Below are positions 49,188 to 57,591 of a stretch of DNA of 64,000 nt, piece after piece. Source of the stretch: a virus (lineage: Duplodnaviria > Caudoviricetes); IMG/VR virus record IMGVR_UViG_3300011989_000257, positions 224,001 to 288,000 of that record. One strand, given 5' to 3'. The position numbers were made by a program, and so were the translations under genes. A model generated the notes under the pieces. The model did no database searches, had not been told where the DNA came from, and saw only the letters and a list, made by a program, of their open reading frames with translations. The stretch's first letter is position 1, and each line of letters starts with the position of its first letter.

Positions 49188-49251
49188 ATAAACATATTGT
49201 CAGTCACTAGGGAATCGAACCCTAATTTGCCTTTTGTGACCTTTGGAGACC

Positions 49252-49578
49252 CTATAGTTTCTCAACTACTTTTCCATAGATTTGGTTTTTTGATATCCAA
49301 CCATTCATGTGACCATGATTATTTCCAATTAAATACTCTTTATCATTTTTAATTGCGTGTATTAAATGCAAATAGTAATGACCCTTAACCTTGCAAAGTA
49401 CAATATCCTTTTTATTAAGTTTGGTGTCATCTTTAACTGGTTCACAAATAACCTCTTGTCCACTTTTAAGAATTGGAGTCATCGACTGTCCAAATCCTTG
49501 AAGTCTCCCAACCAATCCAGCTTTGAGTTTTTCAGCGCTTTCATGGTTTTCTTTTCCTTTAAAATCATATGGTCTCAT
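49252..49578 (-). CDS. S24/S26 peptidase-like protein
   Basis: GQSMTPILKSG, DIVLCKV, LHLI, GKV; ends in TAG. Confidence 0.7.
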   Translation of the reverse strand: MRPYDFKGKENHESAEKLKAGLVGRLQGFGQSMTPILKSGQEVICEPVKDDTKLNKKDIVLCKVKGHYYLHLIHAIKNDKEYLIGNNHGHMNGWISKNQIYGKVVEKL

Positions 49579-49738
49579 ATATTATTAAATATTAAAGCCA
49601 CATCAAAAATAATTGGTTAAAAACATCACATTTTACGAACCACATGAGTTCAAACTTCCCAATCCATAACAAATAGTAGCTATCTATCGTTAAAGTTTAA
49701 CGCTTTATTAACTTGGAAAAAGCGCTCCAAACGGTACG

Positions 49739-49862
49739 CAGGGATAGAAGGATTCGAACCAACGACCTTTTCATTAACAGTAAAGCATCAATCTGTTCCG
49801 AAGTCGAGATTGTATATAGCTTAAATCGCAACGAAATTACTCTACCACTGAGCTATATCCCT
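49739..49862 (-). tRNA. tRNA-Asn(GTT) with a ~50 nt insertion
   Basis: Acceptor AGGGATA/TATCCCT, D arm and CTGTTAA loop separated by extra sequence. Confidence 0.6.
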
Positions 49863-49874
49863 ATTTAAACACAA

Positions 49875-50665
49875 AAAGACTGAGAACATTGTCTTATTGT
49901 TGATGCCATTTCGCAGCCCTTGGAGACTGTTGTTCACACGCTACCTTACAATAGCCGTAGACACCATGCACGGACAGTTTTGTGAAAACTACCAAACTCT
50001 TACTTGTTTAAACCTTTCGGTACAGCATCATAGATTTCAGTTCTTCGCCAAGCGCTTGCGGCTTCGCAGGATGCCTCCTGTTAACTCAGACGAGTACTTT
50101 TATTTTCTTGTTGGATTCCTTGCGAGTCCCCAACCCCTTCATATTGCAGAAGGATAAGTGCATTTTAGCTGCCAAGTGTCGCACACTTTTGCTATCATTC
50201 ATTTTTGATTCCTATATCAAAATTCTGCACTGTTATGGAAGATGAGGTGCGACTAATAGCTTCGTACCTTTTGAGTACGACCCACTAAATCACCTTCCTA
50301 TGCTGACTCACCACAAGTCAATCATTATATAGTATCATCCTTGCAGTTCTCAAACATTTCTGTCTGAGCAAGATACTATACTGAGCACAACACGCCAACT
50401 GGTGACTATTGCATCATGCTCCATATGGTAATCTGTTATATCACTATTCACCCAAAGATTCCTCACCCTTGAGAGCTTACACCTATGGTATTACCCACAA
50501 TGTAAACCGTACCATATGCTTTTCAGTGAAATACTTGAAGTTTCCCCCAAATATCTGCAACGCTTAACAGCTAATATGCGTCACATTTAATCCCATCACT
50601 GGTTTATCCTTATGGCTACGAAAGCTAGCCAAACCCCTCATTTTCAGCCGAAGCCTACAATGTTG
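49875..50665 (-). ncRNA. GOLLD-like giant structured RNA (~800 nt)
   Basis: Long ORF-free, GC-richer, hairpin-rich region within a phage tRNA array; size and context fit GOLLD; not confirmed by covariance model. Confidence 0.55.
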
Positions 50666-50671
50666 GAATTG

Positions 50672-50783
50672 TTGGTAAGAAGAGATTTGCACTCTTGAAG
50701 ACTCCGAAGAGTCACATCAAGCACGAACTTGATGCCCATTTGTCTACATCAGTCTCTCGACTGTTCTCCTCTGGTACTTACCA
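50672..50783 (-). ncRNA. tRNA-like RNA with expanded D region, copy 1
   Basis: Covarying stems with copy 2. Confidence 0.75.
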
Positions 50784-50989
50784 AAAGGTGGTTTTTATAC
50801 TTGTCCACCACAAGGTGTATTGTGTAGTATTGTAAAGGCTGATTCATTTTTCAGAGCCAATTTAATGGTAAAGGACATCTGCTATATTTCATACAGTTGT
50901 ATGTTTGTCGCAACCTCACTTTCCTCGCCAACCTTTACTGCCGATTGCACCTGAGCATTTATACTACATTAACGCTTAACTGATACTCG

Positions 50990-51122
50990 TTGGTGAAGGT
51001 GAATTTGCATCACCGAAGACTCCGAAGAGCCACATTACTCACGAAAGTAATGCCCATTTGTCTACACCTATCATTTCATAAGCCACAACCGACTCTGATA
51101 GTTTCTCCTCTGGTATTCACCA
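50990..51122 (-). ncRNA. tRNA-like RNA with expanded D region, copy 2
   Basis: Covarying stems with copy 1. Confidence 0.75.
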
Positions 51123-51165
51123 AAAGGTGGTTTTTCTGTTTGTCCACCACAAACAATTAATTATG

Positions 51166-51246
51166 TTGCGGAAGCAGGATTTGCACCTACGCACCTTACG
51201 GACTGGCTTATGAGACCAGTGAATTTGACTACTCTTCCATTCCGCT
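51166..51246 (-). tRNA. tRNA-Met(CAT) with enlarged variable arm
   Basis: CTGGT-CTCATAA-GCCAG; CCGTAAGG variable hairpin. Confidence 0.7.
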
Positions 51247-51260
51247 ATGTTTTAAAAATC

Positions 51261-51328
51261 GGAAACTCTTTTCTAGAATTATTGATTAAAAGTCAAGTCC
51301 TATAAAATTACATTTGCTGTAAGTTTCC
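51261..51328 (-). ncRNA. ACAGCAA-family RNA carrying a Lys(TTT) anticodon stem-loop
   Basis: GGAAACT/AGTTTCC stem, ACAGCAA, TTGA-CTTTTAA-TCAA. Confidence 0.7.
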
Positions 51329-51410
51329 TTAACGCCTATGAAAAAAGATAAATCACTTTTTCTTTTTGACAGTGCAAAGATATAGAAAAAATTTCTAATT
51401 TCCAAATTTT

Positions 51411-51689
51411 TTAAGAAGTTTTTTCAGAATTTTTTTCTTTGTTAAGAAATTCATTCATCTTTGCAAGTTCTGAAAGTATATCATTATACTCTTGAACACT
51501 TAATATAAGTTCATCCTTATCGTTTTCAACGTTATCGGCTTTTGCCCTTAGCTTCTCAACTAAAAAAGCTTTAAGTGCCACAGAATACTTAACGCCAACA
51601 ATCTTCTGCGCTTCCTTTTTCTCGTATCCAGCCTCAACAAGGCTAGTATATAAGTTCTTTCTAAATTCTGAATCTAAAATCTTACTCAT
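51411..51689 (-). CDS. Hypothetical protein
   Basis: Own promoter at 51719. Confidence 0.7.
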   Translation of the reverse strand: MSKILDSEFRKNLYTSLVEAGYEKKEAQKIVGVKYSVALKAFLVEKLRAKADNVENDKDELILSVQEYNDILSELAKMNEFLNKEKNSEKTS

Positions 51690-51768
51690 AATCTCTATCT
51701 GTTTTTTTTTTTTAACAGTGCAAAGATATAGAAAAATTTTTTAATTTCCAAATTTTTTAGGAATTTTT

Positions 51769-52236
51769 TTATCTTCTATAACGATTTCTTATATTGACAC
51801 CGTTAAATCTGTCATACCATTTACCGTAAGCCTCTTTCTTCTGTTTTTTATCAGATTTCAATTGGTTTTTTACGCTATATGCAAATGGGTTTTCATCATC
51901 ATGGTATAAAGTCCATGTGCTACTACTACTTTCTTTCTTTTCAATGTAGCCTTTAAGTTCTCCAAACGTTACTGCTAGATTATACCAATTTTCCGTACCG
52001 TTGTATGGCAAAAACCAATCCATTGTACGAATACTTGACAGAAAATATTCAAAATTAAGAGTATCATCTTTAACTGGAAATATATAGTCAACTCCATTGG
52101 ATAATTTTATACTTATTTTTTCTCGAACCCAAGTTTCACGACTTATATTTGCAGCCCTATGATGAATAATGAATTTAGAAAATAATTTTCTTTTCTTTAA
52201 GAATAAAAACCATTCTCTAAGTATTTTTCCATACAT
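51769..52236 (-). CDS. Hypothetical protein (family A-like)
   Basis: EWFLFLKKRKLFSKF. Confidence 0.65.
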   Translation of the reverse strand: MYGKILREWFLFLKKRKLFSKFIIHHRAANISRETWVREKISIKLSNGVDYIFPVKDDTLNFEYFLSSIRTMDWFLPYNGTENWYNLAVTFGELKGYIEKKESSSSTWTLYHDDENPFAYSVKNQLKSDKKQKKEAYGKWYDRFNGVNIRNRYRR

Positions 52237-52262
52237 AACTATTTAATTTTCAAATATTTACG

Positions 52263-52568
52263 TGGACCTGGTGGGATTCGAACCCACGTCCAAACTACCA
52301 TCCCATAAGAGATTATACAAGCTTAAAAATTGGGGGATGACTGAATCAACCCTCTCCACCACCTCATTTTGAGAAAACGAGGAAAACAAAGTTACTAGGA
52401 TGTTCTGTTCCTAAGAGCCTAGTCTCTCGGCTCACGCTTAGGCTGCGATAGCCATTGCATAAGCAGGAGAATCGATGTTCTCGCCGTTTATATTTTTTCG
52501 CTATTTCTAGTGTATGCCCACTGCTTGTCTCTTACCAAATGCATAGCTGTCTATTCCATTTCAAGCCC
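52263..52568 (-). ncRNA. ssrA: tmRNA, tag peptide (A)GENIDSPAYAMAIAA
   Basis: GGGCTTG/CAGGTCC-A acceptor with G3:U70, T arm, resume context ATAAAC-GGC, tag ORF 52438-52485 ending AA-stop. Confidence 0.92.
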
Positions 52569-52579
52569 ATTATGTTTTG

Positions 52580-52654
52580 TGTTGATGAAGGGACTTGAAC
52601 CCCTGACCCCTACGGTATCAGCGTAGTGCTCTAAGCCTACTGAGCTACATCAAC
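52580..52654 (-). tRNA. tRNA-Ile(GAT)
   Basis: CTACG-CTGATAC-CGTAG. Confidence 0.88.
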
Positions 52655-52795
52655 ATTAAAAAAGCTAGTTTGTGGATTTCCGATTCTTCACCACACAAGT
52701 TTCTCTGAACCTCCTAATATTCTATGTGTTCGTTATAGGAACAACGCTACTGTATACGCTTGCCAATTTATATATCGTACTACGGAACTAGCTTA

Positions 52796-53017
52796 TTATA
52801 AATATACAATTTTAGAATTTTCTTCAAATTCTTCCATTGTTCCATCGAATCTATACCAATGTGATGAACTATCGCCTCTAGTAAAATACACTTTTACTGC
52901 ACTTATTCCGTTTTCTTTATAGGAATAAATATCAGTTATTAAATTTCGTTTAATTCGTGTTATATTACCATCTTTAAATCTAATTTCCAAAAATGGTTCA
53001 GAATAATCGTAATTCAT
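52796..53017 (-). CDS. Hypothetical protein
   Basis: Overlaps the stop of 53014. Confidence 0.6.
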   Translation of the reverse strand: MNYDYSEPFLEIRFKDGNITRIKRNLITDIYSYKENGISAVKVYFTRGDSSSHWYRFDGTMEEFEENSKIVYL

Positions 53018-53574
53018 ACGTCTTGAAATGCTTCAATAAAATGTTTCAAAATAACTGCATTCTCGGCAACACATGTTGGTACTGAGGCTGCTAAAGCCTC
53101 TTCATCGCCTTTAAGAATCATTTGTCTTACCTTTGTAGCTGACAAATTATTATGGATTGCCCCTCTAGCATTTAACTTAAAAGAAACAAAGTCCCTTGTA
53201 ATGAATGGAGGAAACCACTGCATAATTATCTCAAAGCCATCTGAATAATAAATGGTAAATTCAGGTGATTTTGTTATTCCTACAATATGACTATAAAGAT
53301 AAAATCCCCAATCATGAGAATTATCTGATTCATCTGTAAGGTCATTAAGTGGCATTATTTTAATTTTATTAGCATCATCACCAAACTCTTCAGATATTGC
53401 TTTCTTCGCCAAATCCAAACGCATTGCGATAGGAATTGGATTACGTTTGTTCAATTTATCTGCTGAACCAACAAGTATAAGAACCTCATCGTTTTCATTA
53501 ACTGCTTGTCTAACCAACTCAAGATGACCCTTGTGTATTGGCTGAAGCCTTGCTATAATTACACCTACTGCCAT
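53014..53574 (-). CDS. NadM/NadR-type nicotinamide/nicotinate-nucleotide adenylyltransferase
   Basis: ARLQPIHKGH (HxGH), VGSA, RNPI, LSATKVR. Confidence 0.85.
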   Translation of the reverse strand: MAVGVIIARLQPIHKGHLELVRQAVNENDEVLILVGSADKLNKRNPIPIAMRLDLAKKAISEEFGDDANKIKIMPLNDLTDESDNSHDWGFYLYSHIVGITKSPEFTIYYSDGFEIIMQWFPPFITRDFVSFKLNARGAIHNNLSATKVRQMILKGDEEALAASVPTCVAENAVILKHFIEAFQDV

Positions 53575-53604
53575 TATAATTCTTTTCTAAAAGTTAAAAA
53601 AATC

Positions 53605-53738
53605 GGAAACGTTTTTAATATTTTAAGTTGCTCTAAACCAGACTGAGCTACAAGAAGTTTACACCCCTCGATGGGATTCGAACCCATGACCCACTGCTTA
53701 CAAAGCTTATCAGAAAATAGCTGTTGCTGTCTGTTTCC
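53605..53738 (-). ncRNA. YrlA-like RNA with circularly permuted tRNA-Thr(TGT) domain (ACAGCAA family)
   Basis: Order anticodon - T arm - loop-closed acceptor stem - D arm, inside a GGAAAC/GTTTCC stem. Confidence 0.8.
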
Positions 53739-53742
53739 TTGG

Positions 53743-53828
53743 TGCTTGTGGAGAGGATTTGAACCTTCTGTTTCAGTTCGGCTGTTGTCAGCCTCTATCT
53801 GCGTTTGTACCCATTAAACTTCTCAAGC
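53743..53828 (-). ncRNA. tRNA-like RNA with elongated anticodon arm
   Basis: Acceptor, D and T arms; GGCTG-ACAA-CAGCC tetraloop hairpin in place of the anticodon loop. Confidence 0.55.
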
Positions 53829-54438
53829 ATATTCGCACTCTGTACCCATAATCACTTACAAGCCATCGAGCACTTGTCTTGCATTATCGTTGTTAAGACC
53901 AATATACGCCATTCTTTACCTAAAGTATGGTTACGGATGGAAGCACACCTTAATTAATACTATGAAGCTATTTTACTATGAAAAACACATTTTCCTCTAC
54001 TTCCATTTAGAGAACTAAGATAGTTTGTTTTAAGTGTTATTCTACCTCTCAACAAGACCCGAAGGTTTCTTATGACACGACGTTCGTTAATATCAATGAT
54101 TCCTACTATTACGGTTCTCTTGTCCCACTATTTTTGTCCCTATCGGTTAAAATATTTGCAAGCAAACCAACCACCAACGAGACCAACAATCAATTCAATC
54201 ATAATTATTATAGTTTAAAAGTTTAACAATGCAAAGATATATAAAAAAATTGAGATAACCAAATTTTTTAATAATTTTTTGCTAATCATCATACGGATTT
54301 GTTTCAGACTCCAACATGACCAATTCTTGAGTTACATGTGAAAGTTCTAACTTCCTAGCATTTAACCATTCATTCAATGTCCGTATCTCGTTTAACAAAT
54401 TTCCCCTCTTTTTTTGAAGGGAAGAGATTTTTTTCATA

Positions 54439-55056
54439 TTATCCATCTATGCTAATCTTAGATTCTGCCAAAAGTTCTTCGTTCAATTTGTCAAGTTCTG
54501 CCTCTTCACTCTCGTCATATGTAAAATTACGATATTTTTTCTTCTTGATGCTGCAACGTCTCACACATTTCTTGGTGTTATTTTTACTGTCTATGACTGC
54601 ATCCTCTCCGAATTCAACTGAGTTTCTACCATTGCCCCAACGGAACTGAAGCCAACCATCATATTCGCCAACGTCCCATTTGTAACCTTCTGGTACTTCC
54701 CCCTCTTTTCTGAAGAATCTGTCTTTGACCTTTCTTATATCTTCATTCTTGCTAACATACTTAAGTTGGTCATGTCCCCACTTTACAACTCTCTCTTCAT
54801 CAAAGTCTAGAATGACATAACCCCAAAGAGCTTCATCCAAATATGACTCACCCCACTCATGATAATAAGTGCTTCTTCCAGTACGCCAATCGTATCTAGA
54901 TAGTTTCTTCGGACTTGGTGTATCAGCATAGAATTCCTCTAGAAGCTGAGCCTCTTCCATCGCTTCAGCAAGCGTATCGTACTCAGTCTTATCTTCGTGA
55001 AATTCTCTTTTGCCCCATTTCTCGAATATCACCATATATCTTTTTGTATGCTTCAT
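54439..55056 (-). CDS. Hypothetical protein
   Basis: 205 aa ORF. Confidence 0.7.
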   Translation of the reverse strand: MKHTKRYMVIFEKWGKREFHEDKTEYDTLAEAMEEAQLLEEFYADTPSPKKLSRYDWRTGRSTYYHEWGESYLDEALWGYVILDFDEERVVKWGHDQLKYVSKNEDIRKVKDRFFRKEGEVPEGYKWDVGEYDGWLQFRWGNGRNSVEFGEDAVIDSKNNTKKCVRRCSIKKKKYRNFTYDESEEAELDKLNEELLAESKISIDG

Positions 55057-55643
55057 TTCTTCTTCTTCTTTTTAACCTTTCTAAAAGATTCCTTTGGGTC
55101 AAATCCATGAGATATGATTTTTATCTCATTATCAACAGTACTATAACCTTTAGTGTTACCGAATACTTCAGTGTATACCTTCTCCTTAGTTCTAGCAATG
55201 CCTTTGATTGGAGTAGCAGACATGAATAATGCATCAAGAATTTTATTAAGTGCCTTTATAAAATTCTCTTTCATTGACATGTCACCAATACATATATCCC
55301 AAGGTCTTGCATCGAAGCCAATCTTAACATCATTACAAGATATAGGATAACTAATTTTATAATACTTGGTATTTAGATATACGCATATCTGATGAAATTG
55401 TATTGAGACACTAAGCGGAGTTTCCTCCTCATACTTTACCTTTTGTATTGACTCATAATAGAATCCTAATGGTGATTCTTTAACCACATCTTCAGTTTTC
55501 TCCTTTATTTCGGTAATAGACATTCCTTTTGGATATACTCTATCGCAAAATGTAGACCAAGCAACTCTGAACTTGCCATCAGCTCCACTAACGCCACCGT
55601 ATGTTATCTTAATATGGTTTTTGTCAAATATTGTTGTTTCCAT
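55053..55643 (-). CDS. Hypothetical protein
   Basis: C-terminal HGFDPKESFR. Confidence 0.7.
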   Translation of the reverse strand: METTIFDKNHIKITYGGVSGADGKFRVAWSTFCDRVYPKGMSITEIKEKTEDVVKESPLGFYYESIQKVKYEEETPLSVSIQFHQICVYLNTKYYKISYPISCNDVKIGFDARPWDICIGDMSMKENFIKALNKILDALFMSATPIKGIARTKEKVYTEVFGNTKGYSTVDNEIKIISHGFDPKESFRKVKKKKKK

Positions 55644-55645
55644 AT

Positions 55646-55846
55646 TTAATTTTTTCTAATGAATTCCATAACAAAAACTATCGGCCAAAATGCGCACATT
55701 ATTAGCATGTACAAGCATGCAATACTAGAAATCGCATCATTACCAACAATATTATAGTCTTCCTTGTATTTTTTATGAAACCAATAGAGAGCCAATATTA
55801 CTCCTATTGTGACATATATGATTCCACAAATTATTCCAATATCCAT
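55646..55846 (-). CDS. Small two-TM membrane protein
   Basis: Hydrophobic, FWP motif. Confidence 0.6.
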   Translation of the reverse strand: MDIGIICGIIYVTIGVILALYWFHKKYKEDYNIVGNDAISSIACLYMLIMCAFWPIVFVMEFIRKN

Positions 55847-55971
55847 ATCTTTTTTTTATAAAGGTAGGCTTCCTTTACCTACCATGACTGTTAATGGTTT
55901 TTGCTAGTTCAAGGTACTAGTAGACCAAGCGCAGAGCACAGTTTCACCATAAACTCCGAAAAGGATTATTG

Positions 55972-56057
55972 CTCGCAGGGTGCGATTCGAACACACGGTA
56001 GCGCAAAGCTACGGCAGTTTTGGAGACTGCTGGGTTAAACCACTCCCCCACCTGCGA
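55972..56057 (-). tRNA. tRNA-Trp(CCA) with long variable arm
   Basis: GCAGT-CTCCAAA-ACTGC; GTAGC-TTTGC-GCTAC variable hairpin; G73. Confidence 0.8.
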
Positions 56058-56065
56058 ATTTATCT

Positions 56066-56728
56066 TTATCTATATTTAAAGCCATTTTTCTCACAACTTG
56101 CCATAAATTCATCAACATTGCCCATTGATATGTCTATTGGCTTTGAATTGTACTCTTTCTCAAGTTCCTTATCTATTTCATTAGCGTCCTCTTGTCCAAA
56201 CTCCCTTGTTTTTGTATCTACAGCCTTAATAATATTTGGTATTCTATAATCGCCATACATAATCTTAATCATATTTGAATAATGTTCTGCAAGGCAAGGC
56301 TCACTGCACGTTACAAACAATGGTTTTGTTGACTCCAAACCACGCTCAATATCATAACAATCTGGAATCTTCACATGATACCTATTCTTAGCAATACCGA
56401 CAATGGTTATTTTCTCACCATATTTCTCAAGTATTGCTTCTTGAAGATGAGCGCCTAGTCCCTTAGTTAAAGTTTTGCCATCCTCAGAGAGCCATACAAA
56501 TCCATCAACTATTATTAATGTGATGTCTTTAATAGGCAATAATTCCAAACATTGCATTATACAAGGCAACTCACGTTTATATAATTCCCCTGATTTATAC
56601 TCGGCATCTATACATGTCCTTCTACTAGTGGCAAAATAAGAAGTTTCTTTGTCATTCCATGATTTAAACACTCCAGCCACAGTATAGGAATAACCATTAT
56701 AATAATATGTATCAAACGCAACTATCAT
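56066..56728 (-). CDS. Endonuclease V family protein
   Basis: AFDTYY, YKSGELYKRELPCI, IVDGFV, GLGAHL, GIAKN, RIP. Confidence 0.85.
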   Translation of the reverse strand: MIVAFDTYYYNGYSYTVAGVFKSWNDKETSYFATSRRTCIDAEYKSGELYKRELPCIMQCLELLPIKDITLIIVDGFVWLSEDGKTLTKGLGAHLQEAILEKYGEKITIVGIAKNRYHVKIPDCYDIERGLESTKPLFVTCSEPCLAEHYSNMIKIMYGDYRIPNIIKAVDTKTREFGQEDANEIDKELEKEYNSKPIDISMGNVDEFMASCEKNGFKYR

Positions 56729-56729
56729 G

Positions 56730-57098
56730 TTAACTCCAATCTACTATAGCATAAAAATTACCCCTATTACAAACTCTATCAAGAATACAATTGCAATAAC
56801 TCCCCTCATTAAGTCTAACGTAAAAACCAAGCGGAGAGAAATATTTACTGACTATAGTATGAACTTCTCGAAAAGCATCATCTCCAATTTTTTTAGGATG
56901 ATATAGCCTTGGTAACGATATCTCAATCGCTTTGCAATTATAATTCTTATCAATTGCGGATTTTATCTTAGTTTCATATCTAGAAGAAATGTATTCAATA
57001 ATGTTTGATGCAATATTGTTAACATTCTCCTTGTATTTCTCTTCTACAGATTTGCTATAAGTTAAAGCAATATCCTTTGTAAATTTATCTATCTGCAT
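56730..57098 (-). CDS. Hypothetical protein
   Basis: Start moved to MQIDKF. Confidence 0.6.
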   Translation of the reverse strand: MQIDKFTKDIALTYSKSVEEKYKENVNNIASNIIEYISSRYETKIKSAIDKNYNCKAIEISLPRLYHPKKIGDDAFREVHTIVSKYFSPLGFYVRLNEGSYCNCILDRVCNRGNFYAIVDWS

Positions 57099-57210
57099 AT
57101 CTAAATGGATAGCCACAATGTTCACACTTAAATACTTCACCATTCTCATCAATCGCCTTTGCAATATCAATTTCTGTATCGCAATTGCACTTTGGACATT
57201 TTACTTTCAT
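57085..57210 (-). CDS. Small Zn-ribbon protein (41 aa, not in ORF track)
   Basis: MKVKCPKC...FKCEHCGYPF, after the promoter at 57238. Confidence 0.7.
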   Translation of the reverse strand: MKVKCPKCNCDTEIDIAKAIDENGEVFKCEHCGYPFRYADR

Positions 57211-57286
57211 ATTTATTTCAGTTTTAATTATTCATAATGCAAATATACTAAAAAAAAATGAAATAACCAAAATTTTTAAGAATTTT

Positions 57287-57487
57287 TCACTCTTTATCAT
57301 CACTAAACATTATCATAATAACGGCTAGCCAAGACCCCAACGAGAAAATAATCATATAAAATATATCTTCCCAATCTTCAAATACTTGGCCATATACTTT
57401 ATTCTTAATCTTGAATTCGTAATAGTCATTTGTTCCACACATAAATGCGACCAAACAACCTAATGCATAAAATGTCCAAAAATCCAT
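57287..57487 (-). CDS. Small membrane protein
   Basis: Start moved to MDFWTF because the longer ORF overlaps a tRNA. Confidence 0.6.
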   Translation of the reverse strand: MDFWTFYALGCLVAFMCGTNDYYEFKIKNKVYGQVFEDWEDIFYMIIFSLGSWLAVIMIMFSDDKE

Positions 57488-57513
57488 AATATCATTCTCC
57501 TTTTGAAAAATAG

Positions 57514-57585
57514 TACCACTAGATGATTTCGAAACATCGACCTTGTGGATATGAGCCACATGCTCTGCCTCTGAGCTATAGTGGT
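57514..57585 (-). tRNA. tRNA with CAT anticodon (Ile2 or Met)
   Basis: TGTGG-CTCATAT-CCACA. Confidence 0.8.
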
Positions 57586-57591
57586 ATTTAA

